Source: Myxococcota bacterium (lineage in GTDB: Bacteria; Myxococcota_A; UBA9160; UBA6930). Taken from it: 64,000 nt of DNA. Positions within the stretch are counted from its first letter, which is position 1. Every line of letters begins with the position of its first letter. The notes beneath the pieces were generated by a model that ran no database searches, had not been told where the DNA came from, and saw only the letters and a program-made list of their open reading frames with translations. A program made the position numbers and the translations under genes. Location: the NCBI GenBank assembly GCA_965223705.1, contig OZ245015.1:1952001-2016000 (forward strand), written 5' to 3'. Positions 47,786 to 57,415 of this stretch are shown in pieces.

Positions 47786-48883
47786 ATGCACGTCGGATAC
47801 ACCGCCATTTTTCAGAATCCTGGAGAACGCATCTCGGACGCCGAGGTCTATCAGAACGAGTTGCGCCTCGCGGAGCTCGCGGAGCCGCTCGGCTTCGAGT
47901 CGATCTGGGGCGTCGAGCACCACTTCACCGACTACACGATGTGCCCCGACGTGGTGCAGTTTCTCACGTATATGGCGGGTCGCACCCGGAAGGCGCAGCT
48001 CGGGAGTATGGTCATTGTTCTCCCCTGGCACGATCCGATTCGCGTCGCCGAGCAGATCTCGATGCTCGACCACGTCTCCGGCGGCCGCATGATTCTGGGT
48101 ATCGGTCGCGGCGTCGGGCGCGTCGAATACGAGGGCTTCCGCCTCGACATGAACACGTCTCGCGAACGGTTCGAAGAGTACACGGCGATGATCCTCGACG
48201 GCCTCGAGCAGGGTTACCTCGAGCTCGACGGTCAGTTCGTACAACAGCCGAAACGCGACATCCGACCGCGACCGCTCAAGAGTTTCCGCGGAAGGACGTA
48301 CGGAGCGGCCGTCTCGAACGAGACGATGCCGTTGATGGTCAAGAACGAGGCGGGCCTTTTGGTCGTGCCGCAAAAGCCGTGGAGCGTCGTGAAGAACGAC
48401 ATCCTGCTCTACAACGAGGCTTACCAGAAAGAGCACGGCTGCGACGCGCCGCCGCCGCTCGTCGCCGGCTGGACGTTTGTCGACGAGAACGCGGACCGAG
48501 CCGAAGAGCTCGGTCGGAAGTACATCACCGACTACTACGAGTCCGTCATCAAGCACTACGAGTTCGACGACATCCATCTCTCGAAGACGAAGGGCTACGA
48601 GTTCTACGGCAAAGGCTTTCAGGAGAAGATTCGCGAGCTCGGCCGGGACAAAGTGATCGAGTTCTTGGTCGACCTGGCGGTCTTCGGCACCCCGGAGCAG
48701 TGCTACGAGCGAATCATGCACTTCCACAACTTGACGGGGAACAACGGGTACATGGCGATCCTGAGCTACTCGGGGATGCCCTTCGACGAAGCGGAGCGCA
48801 ACATGCGTCTGTTCGCTGCGAGCGTGCTGCCGGAGCTCAAGAAGGTCGAAGTCAGCGAGCCCGAGTTCGCCCTCAGCGCGTAG
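47786..48883 (+). CDS. LLM class flavin-dependent monooxygenase
   Basis: GFESIWGVEHHF, LPWHDPIRVAE, GR.ILGIGRG. Confidence 0.92.
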   Translation: MHVGYTAIFQNPGERISDAEVYQNELRLAELAEPLGFESIWGVEHHFTDYTMCPDVVQFLTYMAGRTRKAQLGSMVIVLPWHDPIRVAEQISMLDHVSGGRMILGIGRGVGRVEYEGFRLDMNTSRERFEEYTAMILDGLEQGYLELDGQFVQQPKRDIRPRPLKSFRGRTYGAAVSNETMPLMVKNEAGLLVVPQKPWSVVKNDILLYNEAYQKEHGCDAPPPLVAGWTFVDENADRAEELGRKYITDYYESVIKHYEFDDIHLSKTKGYEFYGKGFQEKIRELGRDKVIEFLVDLAVFGTPEQCYERIMHFHNLTGNNGYMAILSYSGMPFDEAERNMRLFAASVLPELKKVEVSEPEFALSA

Positions 48884-49616
48884 GCGAGAGCGCGAGGCGC
48901 GAGGTCGCGTTTTCGAGGAGGCCCTCGATCCGGGCCTCCTGCTCGCGCGGCAGGTCGACAAACACCGCGCCCATACCGATGGGGGAGGCCGGTGCGCAAC
49001 GCGTCGAGTCCGTGACGGTGCGGACAACGCGCGCCGCTACCTGGGTCTCGACCTCGCCGCAGTTCCATCGCATTTCGATCTCCCGGCCCATGGGCCACGG
49101 TGCCGGCGCCGACACGTAGGCCCCGCGGACCGAAAGGGTGTAGATACGCGCCGGTTTCGCTTCACCGTCGCACTGCAGTTGCGCCCGGGCGGAGAAGGGG
49201 GCTCGGGGAACTTCCCGGGCCTCACCGGCTCGATTGAGCGAGATCAGTCGATTCACCACGAAGCGGAGCTCCGCGGGTTCGTGATCCCAAGCGAGAGCGT
49301 GGCGGAAGCCCAGTGCGGCGATGCGGTCGCGGCGGCGTCGATCGAGGGCATCGCCGATGCCGATCCCGATGACCCGCCGGGCCGAGATCTCGGCGGCAAA
49401 CGGCATCATGACGAAGTCGAGCCACGCGACGTCGACCGAACGTTCGACGAACGCGAGTGTGACCGGGCCGCGGAGCTCGTCTCGGGCGGAGCGAGCCTCG
49501 GCGTGGCCGCGCACGCGCAGCGGCTCGAGCCCGACGCGTCGCAGATGATCCGCCAGGCCGCGTTCCGCGAGCCGGTCCGAAGGATCAAGCAGGAGCGCTC
49601 GAGGCTTGTTACGCAT
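48873..49616 (-). CDS. Degenerate receiver-like + PilZ domain protein
   Basis: REVPR (RxxxR), TLSVRGAYV, ARVV, GMGAVF. Confidence 0.7.
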   Translation of the reverse strand: MRNKPRALLLDPSDRLAERGLADHLRRVGLEPLRVRGHAEARSARDELRGPVTLAFVERSVDVAWLDFVMMPFAAEISARRVIGIGIGDALDRRRRDRIAALGFRHALAWDHEPAELRFVVNRLISLNRAGEAREVPRAPFSARAQLQCDGEAKPARIYTLSVRGAYVSAPAPWPMGREIEMRWNCGEVETQVAARVVRTVTDSTRCAPASPIGMGAVFVDLPREQEARIEGLLENATSRLALSPTR

Positions 49617-49703
49617 GCCTACACCGTGGTTTGAGGGCTTCCATGCGAGAGTAAGTACCGGGCGAGCCCCTAAAGGTGTCGAGAGCCCGCTAGGATCGCC
49701 GCC

Positions 49704-50909
49704 ATGGCAGGCTTACTCGAAGGGATCCGGGTCCTCGACCTCTCGAGAATCTTGGCGGGTCCCTACTGCGCGATGACGCTCGGCGATCTCGGTGCGGACG
49801 TGGTCAAGGTCGAACACCCGACCGGGGGTGACTTGACGCGCGGCTGGGGGCCGCCCTTTACGGAATCGGGGCTCTCGGCTTATTTCCTTTCGGCGAACCG
49901 CAACAAGCGAAGCCTGACGCTCGACCTATCGACCGAGGACGGGCGCGCTGTGCTTCGCGACCTCATCCGTTCTGCCGATGTGTTGCTCGAGAATTTCCGC
50001 GCCGGAACCCTCGAACGATGGGGCTTCGACTGGTCCGCGCTGACCGATCTGCGCCCGGATCTCGTCTACTGCAGTGTGACGGGCTTTGGGACCGACGGTC
50101 CGCACCGTGACGAGGCCGGCTACGATTTCATGATTCAAGCCCGGGGCGGACTCATGAGCATCACGGGCTTCGCCGACGGCGAACCGGTCAAGGTCGGTGT
50201 CGCCATCGCGGACCTCGTGACGGGTCTCTTCGCCTCGACCGCCATTCAAGCGGCGCTTTTTGCGCGCGAGCGCGGCGCCGGGCCCCAGCACATCGACATG
50301 GCGCTTCTCGACAGCCAGGTGGCGATGCTGGTGAACGTCGCGAGCAACTTCCTGGTCTCGGGCGAGGTACCCGGCCGCCTCGGCAACGCGCACCCGAACA
50401 TCGTCCCCTACGAAGCCTTCGACGCGGCGGATGGAGCCTTCACGATCGGGGTCGGCAGCGACGCACATTGGCGCGCGTTGTGTCGGGCCATCGATCGGGA
50501 GCCGTGGGCGGAAGACCCACGGTTTGCGACGAACGCCGCGCGAATCGAACATCGCGCCGAGGTCTCGGCGCAGCTCTCCGAGATCGCGAGGAGCCGCTCG
50601 GTCGCATCGTGGCTCGAGTTGCTCGAGGGTCTGGGCATCCCGTGCGCACCGATTCAGGATGTCGCGCAAGTCTTTGCGGATCCTCGCGTCGTCGCGCGCA
50701 ACATGCGCGTCGATCAGCCGCACCCGGCGGGTGACGTTCCCCTCGTGGGCCCTGCGATCAAGGTACCGACCGCGCCGACGGAGATCCGCCGCGCCCCACC
50801 GCTGCTCGGCGAGCACTCGCGCGAGGTCTTGCGAGAGCTGTATTCCGAGGAGCGCGTCGACGAACTCCTGCGCTCGGGTGTCACGTCCGCGCCTACGTCC
50901 GATTCTTGA
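49704..50909 (+). CDS. CoA-transferase family III (CaiB/BaiF)
   Basis: LEGIRVLDLSRILAGP, NRNKRS, ENFR, GYDF..QA. Confidence 0.94.
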   Translation: MAGLLEGIRVLDLSRILAGPYCAMTLGDLGADVVKVEHPTGGDLTRGWGPPFTESGLSAYFLSANRNKRSLTLDLSTEDGRAVLRDLIRSADVLLENFRAGTLERWGFDWSALTDLRPDLVYCSVTGFGTDGPHRDEAGYDFMIQARGGLMSITGFADGEPVKVGVAIADLVTGLFASTAIQAALFARERGAGPQHIDMALLDSQVAMLVNVASNFLVSGEVPGRLGNAHPNIVPYEAFDAADGAFTIGVGSDAHWRALCRAIDREPWAEDPRFATNAARIEHRAEVSAQLSEIARSRSVASWLELLEGLGIPCAPIQDVAQVFADPRVVARNMRVDQPHPAGDVPLVGPAIKVPTAPTEIRRAPPLLGEHSREVLRELYSEERVDELLRSGVTSAPTSDS

Positions 50910-51267
50910 AGTAAGAGTCCTTGCAGACGATCTTGCCGTCGCGGAACGTGTAGATGTCGCAGCCCATCCAGTCTTGGACGGTTCCATCGGCCAGGGTCGC
51001 CGTGCGACGCCACGCCGAGAGCGCCTGGTCACCCGAGATCGCGTAGTTCTGACCGATCCACTTGATGTCGGGGGCAGCCTCGAAGATCTGTTCGAACGCC
51101 GCCCGCAGAGCTTCGTGCCCTCGGATGCGCGCGCCGTAGATTTCCGGGCCGCCGGGCGCCAGGAACTCGCCGTCTTCGGCGAAGAAGGCCATGGCCCGAT
51201 CGAGGTCGTGTCGGTTCAGCGCGTCACAGAAAGCGTCGAGGGTGGCGATTTCGAATTGCTCGGCCAT
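50893..51267 (-). CDS. NTF2/SnoaL-like protein
   Basis: ALNRHDLD...FFAED, GCDIYTFRDGKI..KDSY. Confidence 0.85.
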   Translation of the reverse strand: MAEQFEIATLDAFCDALNRHDLDRAMAFFAEDGEFLAPGGPEIYGARIRGHEALRAAFEQIFEAAPDIKWIGQNYAISGDQALSAWRRTATLADGTVQDWMGCDIYTFRDGKIVCKDSYFKNRT

Positions 51268-51303
51268 GTGAGGAAGTCCTCCAAGGGGTCGAGGGGAATC
51301 GTG

Positions 51304-52077
51304 TTACGGACCTTGAATCGTTTCGGTGAAGCCGCCGTCCGCGACGAGGAGGTGGCCGTTCACATAGGACGAGGCCTCCGAGCAGAGGAATACGAGCGGT
51401 CCCCCCAGCTCCGGAGGGTCTCCCCAACGACCGAGGGGCGTCCGCGTCTCGACCATGCTGCTGAACTCTCGATTTTGTTGGAGTACGACGTTGATCTCCG
51501 TTCGGAAGTAACCCGGGAGGATCGCGTTACTCGTGATGCCGTGGGGCCCGAGCTCGCTTGCCAGCGCCTGGGTGAGCCCGGCGATCGCGTGCTTGCTCGT
51601 CGTGTACGAGAGAACGCTGGCCCGGCCGACCAGAGAGAGGATGGAGCCGATATGCACGATCCGTCCGTACCGGGCGGCGCGCATCGGCCCCGCGCATTCT
51701 CGCGCGAGGACATAGGATGCTGTGACGTTCGTCCGCATCACGCGCTCGAAACCTTCGGTTTGGCTCTCCTCGAGGTCGACGCGTTCGAGAATCCCCGCGT
51801 TGTTGACCAAGATGTCGATACGTCCTCGCTCATTCGCGACGCTCGCCACAGCTTCCCGAACCGCGGCTTCATCCGTGATGTCGAGCGGCAGCGCCGTTGC
51901 GGATCCGCCTTTCGCGTGGATCGCTTCTACACGCTCCTCGAGTTTCGCCGCGTTGCGTGCGATCAAGACGACGTTCGCACCGGCTTCGGCGAGCGACATC
52001 GCCATCTCGGCACCCAGCCCCTGCGAGCCTCCCGTGAGTAGCGCCACACGTCCATGCAATGAGAAACGATCGGTCAA
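51304..52077 (-). CDS. Short-chain dehydrogenase/reductase (gluconate 5-dehydrogenase-like)
   Basis: TGGSQGLG, NNAG, YTTSK, PGYF.T. Confidence 0.92.
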   Translation of the reverse strand: MTDRFSLHGRVALLTGGSQGLGAEMAMSLAEAGANVVLIARNAAKLEERVEAIHAKGGSATALPLDITDEAAVREAVASVANERGRIDILVNNAGILERVDLEESQTEGFERVMRTNVTASYVLARECAGPMRAARYGRIVHIGSILSLVGRASVLSYTTSKHAIAGLTQALASELGPHGITSNAILPGYFRTEINVVLQQNREFSSMVETRTPLGRWGDPPELGGPLVFLCSEASSYVNGHLLVADGGFTETIQGP

Positions 52078-52171
52078 GTCGAAACCACGCTCTTTCCGAG
52101 GGAGACACTATCGCTTCTCCGCCCGAGGCACTTCGCGTAGAATGCTTTTCCGTCAAAAAAATGGAGATCCA

Positions 52172-53248
52172 ATGCAGTACAGCATCACGGTTCAGACAAA
52201 GATTGACGATTGGCAGCTCATCAAAGAAGCGGAAGAGCTCGGTTACGATGCCGCTTGGGTTCCGGACACACAGATGGTCTGGTCCGATTGCTACGCGACC
52301 ATGGCTCTCGCGGCCGCGAACACGTCGCGCATCAAGCTCGGCACGGGCGTTTCGATCGCCGGCACGCGCATCGCTCCGGTCACCGCGCATTCCATCGCGA
52401 CGATCAATCAAATCGCCCCGGGACGAACGTTTCTCGGCATGGGCACGGGACACACCGCGATGCGCGCGATGGGCATGAACCCCATGCCGCTCAAGGAGTT
52501 CGCAGAATATCTACGCGTGCTCCGCGCGCTGCTCCACGGCGAAGAAACGGAGTACACCTACCGAAATCGCACGCGTAACATCGCCTTTCTCCACGACGGT
52601 ATGGGCTTCCGCAACACGGAGGATCCGGTTCCGATCTACGTAGCGGCCAACGGCCCCAAGGCGCTGCACATCGCGGGTCAATACGGCGACGGGTTGATCT
52701 CCGCGATGGGCGAGAATCCCGAGATGTTGGCGTTCAACCTCGGGATGGCGAAGCAAGGCGCCGAAGCGGCCGGCCGGGCGTTTGACGACTATCACACCGC
52801 CTCCATCACGCACGCCGTCGTGCTGCGCCCCGGTGAGACACTGAAATCCGATCGCGTGATCGAATACACCGGCGCCTGGGTCGTGGCGATGATCCACTTC
52901 GTCTACGAGATTTTCGAATACACGAAGAACGAAGAGATGATTCCCGAATTCATGCAGCCGATCTGGGAGGAATACTGCGAACACGTCGACAAGATGCCGC
53001 TCCCGCCGGAGTCGCGAGCGCGCATGATTCACGACGGGCACTGCACGTACTACCCGAAGGAAGAGCGTCGGTTCATCACGCCGGAAATGATCCAAGGCGC
53101 TTGCATGGTGGGTGGCCCCAGCGAACTTGCCGAGCAAATCCGCGCCGCGGAGAGCGGCGGACTTCGAGAGATCAGTTTGTTGCCGCCGATCGACGTGTTT
53201 CGGGATACCATGCAGGAGTTCGCACGCGACGTGATCCCGCTCGTCTAG
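52172..53248 (+). CDS. LLM class flavin-dependent oxidoreductase (paralog of 34366-35436)
   Basis: [33 protein letters not shown]. Confidence 0.9.
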   Translation: MQYSITVQTKIDDWQLIKEAEELGYDAAWVPDTQMVWSDCYATMALAAANTSRIKLGTGVSIAGTRIAPVTAHSIATINQIAPGRTFLGMGTGHTAMRAMGMNPMPLKEFAEYLRVLRALLHGEETEYTYRNRTRNIAFLHDGMGFRNTEDPVPIYVAANGPKALHIAGQYGDGLISAMGENPEMLAFNLGMAKQGAEAAGRAFDDYHTASITHAVVLRPGETLKSDRVIEYTGAWVVAMIHFVYEIFEYTKNEEMIPEFMQPIWEEYCEHVDKMPLPPESRARMIHDGHCTYYPKEERRFITPEMIQGACMVGGPSELAEQIRAAESGGLREISLLPPIDVFRDTMQEFARDVIPLV

Positions 53249-53304
53249 CCGTCGAGCGACTTCGGCAACCGAAGACAGTCCAAGAAATCGAAGGGGTGGG
53301 AGTC

Positions 53305-53339
53305 AAAGCGGGCGAGGCCTCTCGGGTCTCGCCCGCTTT
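53305..53339. terminator. Probable bidirectional intrinsic terminator
   Basis: AAAGCGGGCGAGGCC-TCTCG-GGTCTCGCCCGCTTT between convergent genes. Confidence 0.7.
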
Positions 53340-53359
53340 CCTTGGTTTCCTCAATCTCC

Positions 53360-54580
53360 CTAAGCCGCGGGTTTCGGCGCGGTCTTCGGCAGCAACAGGA
53401 GCAAAGCGATCCCCGAAGCGTTGCTGCCGGCACAAACCCAGTAGGCGAGGGAATAGCTTCCCGTCGAGTCATAGAGCCAGCCGGCAAAGGGCGGGCCGAA
53501 CGCCGCGGCAGCTCCCGCGATCCCGAAAATGAAACCGACGATCGCGCCGGCGGAGGCGCGACCGAAGTAGTCGGCGACGATGGCCGGAAACAAAACGGTG
53601 CCACCGCCGTAGGAGAACCCGAACAGCAAGCTTCCAATCGCCAGTACGCCGTAGTCCTCCGCGCGTGCGAACAACACGAACGCGATCGCTTGCAGGGCGA
53701 GGACGCCGGCGAGAGCGGGGCGGCGCCCGATGTGGTCGGAGATCACCCCGGTCGACAGTCGACCGAAAATGCCGCCCGCACCGATCGCCGACAACAAGTA
53801 CGCACCGTCGATCGCACGGAGGCCGAGATCGATGGCGCCTGCCGGCAAGTGCACCATCGGTGTGAAGATGACGAGCCACGTCGACATGAAGATCGCGGTG
53901 AGGATCCACAGGACCGAGGTGCGGCGAGCCTCGGCCAGTTGCCAGATCGCTTCCTCGATCGGTGTGTCGCCGGAGCCAGGTTGCGACGACACGCCGTCGC
54001 CGTCCGGGCGCAGGCCGCGGCTTTCGGGATCGCGCACGATGAAAAGCGAGACGAAAAAGATGAGGAGTCCGCCGACTACGGCCAGCCCCAGATAGGTGGT
54101 GCGCCAGTCGTAAAACTGGAGGAGCCAGGTGACGAGGGGCGGGACCAACATGTTGCCGAAGCTCGCGCCGCTCGAGGATAGGCTCACGGCGAGGCCGCGC
54201 CTGCGAACGAACCAGCGAACGACCGTCGCGTTGCACGGGACAAAGACCGCGCTCATTCCCATCGCGGCGATGAGCCCGACGGCCGCATAGACGTGCCACG
54301 GCAACTCGACGAAGGAAAAGAACCCCCAACCCAACCCGAGCAGCAGCGCGCCGCCGGCGATCACCGCCCGCGGGCCGTAGCGATCGGTCAGGGGGCCGGA
54401 CACGATCCCGAGAAAGCCGTACAAGAATACGTACAGCGCGTAGGGCATCGAGAGCGTCGCGCGATCCCAGGCGAGATCGGCGCTAATCGCGGGCAGCATG
54501 GCGCCGAAACTGAACTGGATCCCGTAGGCGATGAAGAGCACCGAGAACGTGCAGCAGACGATCCACCAACCGTAAAACAC
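53360..54580 (-). CDS. MFS transporter (OFA/MCT-like)
   Basis: FYGWWIV, GPLTDRYGPR, RWF.RRRGLA. Confidence 0.9.
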   Translation of the reverse strand: MFYGWWIVCCTFSVLFIAYGIQFSFGAMLPAISADLAWDRATLSMPYALYVFLYGFLGIVSGPLTDRYGPRAVIAGGALLLGLGWGFFSFVELPWHVYAAVGLIAAMGMSAVFVPCNATVVRWFVRRRGLAVSLSSSGASFGNMLVPPLVTWLLQFYDWRTTYLGLAVVGGLLIFFVSLFIVRDPESRGLRPDGDGVSSQPGSGDTPIEEAIWQLAEARRTSVLWILTAIFMSTWLVIFTPMVHLPAGAIDLGLRAIDGAYLLSAIGAGGIFGRLSTGVISDHIGRRPALAGVLALQAIAFVLFARAEDYGVLAIGSLLFGFSYGGGTVLFPAIVADYFGRASAGAIVGFIFGIAGAAAAFGPPFAGWLYDSTGSYSLAYWVCAGSNASGIALLLLLPKTAPKPAA

Positions 54581-54704
54581 ACAGTGCCTCTGTCGCGGTC
54601 GGGTGCGACGCGACGCATCCTAGCAGCTGCACCGGTCCCCCGGATTTCCCAGCAGGGGTGATCGCGGGTCGGTACAATCGCAGTAACCAGCGAAGGAGCC
54701 CCGA

Positions 54705-55979
54705 ATGACCAAGACGTTTTTTCGCGGAGCGCGGCTACTCGACGGCGTTTCGGAGCCGGTGGACGACCGGGTCATCGTGCTCGACGGCGACCGCATCGAA
54801 GCGGTGACGTCCGCCGGTGAAGCGCCGGAGCCCGGGCCCGGAGACGCGGTATACGATCTGGCGGGGCGCGTCGTCATGCCGGGGATGGCGTTTTGCCATT
54901 ACCACCCGGCCTACGACAACGTGAACAGCCTGGCGGAGATCGATCTCAAGCACCCGCCGACGACCCTGACCCTGATCGCCGCGAAGAACGCGGAGCTTCT
55001 GCTCCAGTGCGGCTACACCATGGCCGTCGGCGCGGGAGCCGCCCACTACATCGATGTGGCACTTCGCAACGCGATTGACAGCGGTCTGATTCCCGGTCCA
55101 CGCATCGTGGCGTGCGGCCGCGATGTCGTGACAACCGGCGACTCTGTTGATTCGCACCCCAAGTGGTGGAACCTGCAACTCGAAGGCCTGGCCAAACGCT
55201 GCGATGGACCGGACGAGTTCCGGCGCGCGGTCCGAGAAGAGATCGCGAACGGAGTCGACATCGTGAAGCTCTACCCCACCGGCGGGCATGGCTTGCCCCA
55301 CCCTTGGGACGTGATGAGCATGAACGAAGACGAAATCGAAGCCGCCTGCACGGCGGCACACGACCGCGGGCGCAAGATTCGCGGCCATTTGATCAACAAG
55401 CGCGGGATCCTGGCGGCGCTGAAAGCCGGCATCGACGTCGTCGATCACGGCGACGGCACCGATGACGAATGCATCGAATGGTTCCTCAAGCAGGGGAGCT
55501 TCCTCGCGCCGAGCCTGTACTTTCCGTGGAAACTCTCCACCACGTTCCGCGCCGGTGACGCGCCGGGTCTCGGATCCATGGTCCCGGAGCTCGAGCGGAC
55601 GCTCGAAACCCACCCTGAGACGATCAAGAAAGCCGACGAAGCGGGCATTCCGATCGTGTTGGGTGACGATTTCGGCTTCGGTGCGCTCATGCCTCACGGC
55701 GACTACGCCCAGGAGCTGACGGTCTACCCCGAGCTCTGTGGCGTGTCGAACCTCGACGTCATCCGCTGGGCGACGCGCAACGGCGCGCTGCTGCAAGGGC
55801 GACTCCACGAGCTCGGGACCATCGAGGCGGGCAAACTCGCCGACCTCTTGGTGGTCGAGGGCGACCCGTCGCGCGACATCTCGGTGCTGACCGATCGCTC
55901 GAATCTGAAGGCCATCGTCAAAGACGGGGCGTTTGTGAAGAACGCGCTCAAGGGAGACGCTCTCGGAGAGGCGGCGTAG
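54705..55979 (+). CDS. Metal-dependent amidohydrolase (prolidase/imidazolonepropionase-like)
   Basis: PG...HYH, GPRI, VKLY, DHG, GKLADLLVV. Confidence 0.88.
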   Translation: MTKTFFRGARLLDGVSEPVDDRVIVLDGDRIEAVTSAGEAPEPGPGDAVYDLAGRVVMPGMAFCHYHPAYDNVNSLAEIDLKHPPTTLTLIAAKNAELLLQCGYTMAVGAGAAHYIDVALRNAIDSGLIPGPRIVACGRDVVTTGDSVDSHPKWWNLQLEGLAKRCDGPDEFRRAVREEIANGVDIVKLYPTGGHGLPHPWDVMSMNEDEIEAACTAAHDRGRKIRGHLINKRGILAALKAGIDVVDHGDGTDDECIEWFLKQGSFLAPSLYFPWKLSTTFRAGDAPGLGSMVPELERTLETHPETIKKADEAGIPIVLGDDFGFGALMPHGDYAQELTVYPELCGVSNLDVIRWATRNGALLQGRLHELGTIEAGKLADLLVVEGDPSRDISVLTDRSNLKAIVKDGAFVKNALKGDALGEAA

Positions 55980-55988
55980 AGCGAACCG

Positions 55989-56969
55989 ATGCGCGTTGGA
56001 GTCTGCATTCGCGGCTACAGCCGCATCATGGAACTGCTTCGAGAGTGCTTGCCCGAAGACGAGGTGTTTGATTGCGATCGCGACGAGGTCGTCGCTGAGG
56101 CCGCGAACGCCGACGTCCTGATCCCGACGATTGCGCCGATCCCAGAGGCCGCCTTCGCGGAGCCGCGGATCAAATTGGTGCAGCAGTACGGCGTCGGACT
56201 CGACAGCGTCGATATTCCCGCGGCGACCCGAGCCGGCGTACTTGTGGCGAACGTCCCGAGCGTCGGCACGGGCAACGCCGAATCCGTCGCCGAGCTCGCG
56301 ATCGCGCACATGCTGATGCTCTCGCGGAGCATTCCGCGGGCATTTGAGCGGTTCCGAGAGAAGCGGGTCGGTTCGCCGTTCGGGAACTGCCTCTGGGGCG
56401 GAACCGTTACGATCGTGGGCTACGGCGGCATCGGCGAAGAGATCGCACGCCGACTCGCGGGTTTCGGCGTGCGGGTGATCGCGGTCTCGAGACACGGACC
56501 TTCGGGCTCTCGTCCACGCGACCCTTCGGTGCATCTCGACCTCCACGTCGGCGCCGAGAAGATGGGCGACGCCGTCGCGGAAGCGGACTACGTCGTGGTG
56601 GCGGCTCCCGCGACACCGGAGAACATCGGGCTCGTCGGTGAATCCGTGCTTTCGCGCATGAAGCCCGGTGCCTACATCGTGAACATCGCGCGGGGACCCG
56701 TGATCGCCTACGAGCCGCTTCTCGAAGGGCTGCGGAGCGGACGTATCGCCGGCGCAGGGCTCGACGTTTTTTGGACCGAGCCGTTCGATCCCGACGATCC
56801 GCTCCTCGCCGAGAACGTGATCGCCACGCCGCATATCGGCGGCGCGACCGAGCGCAGCTTGTGGGGGATCGCCCAAGCCGTCGCCGGCGGAATCGAGGCG
56901 GTGCGACGCGGCGAGGTTCCGCCGTGTTGTGCGAACCCCGAGGTGGGCTTGGGGCGTCTCGCGCGCTAG
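55989..56969 (+). CDS. D-isomer-specific 2-hydroxyacid dehydrogenase
   Basis: VGYGGIG, NIARG, GLDVFWTEP, TPHIGG. Confidence 0.93.
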   Translation: MRVGVCIRGYSRIMELLRECLPEDEVFDCDRDEVVAEAANADVLIPTIAPIPEAAFAEPRIKLVQQYGVGLDSVDIPAATRAGVLVANVPSVGTGNAESVAELAIAHMLMLSRSIPRAFERFREKRVGSPFGNCLWGGTVTIVGYGGIGEEIARRLAGFGVRVIAVSRHGPSGSRPRDPSVHLDLHVGAEKMGDAVAEADYVVVAAPATPENIGLVGESVLSRMKPGAYIVNIARGPVIAYEPLLEGLRSGRIAGAGLDVFWTEPFDPDDPLLAENVIATPHIGGATERSLWGIAQAVAGGIEAVRRGEVPPCCANPEVGLGRLAR

Positions 56970-57415
56970 CTCGCCAACAGCTCCGAGGCGAGCTTCCGAG
57001 CCAGGGCGCCGTCGATCTCGCCTTTGTGCGCTTTCATCAACACGCCCATCACCTTGCCGACTTCCTTGGGATTCGAAGCGCCGGACTGGGCGATCGCCTC
57101 GGTGACCCAGCTCCGCGTCGTCTCTTCGTCGGCCAGGCTCGGTAGGTATTCCTCGATGACGGCGAGCTCCGCGCGCTCCTTGGCCGCCTGCTCCTCCCGG
57201 CCAGCGGTGTCAAAGGCCTCGATGCTCTCTTTGCGTTGCTTCTCGAGTCGGCGCAAGAGACCGACGCACACCTCGTCAGATAGCGTATCAGCGCCGTCCT
57301 TTTTCATTTCGTTGAGAAACAGCGCACGCACGCTGCGAAGCGCCGCGAGGCGGTCCGCCTGCTTGGCGCGCAGCGCGTCCTTCATGTCGTTGCTGATCGT
57401 ATCGACGAGCCCCAC
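56966..57415 (-). CDS. GatB/YqeY domain protein
   Basis: DMKDALRAK, KQRKESIEAF, GKVMG; GTG overlaps the GST stop. Confidence 0.88.
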   Translation of the reverse strand: MGLVDTISNDMKDALRAKQADRLAALRSVRALFLNEMKKDGADTLSDEVCVGLLRRLEKQRKESIEAFDTAGREEQAAKERAELAVIEEYLPSLADEETTRSWVTEAIAQSGASNPKEVGKVMGVLMKAHKGEIDGALARKLASELLAS

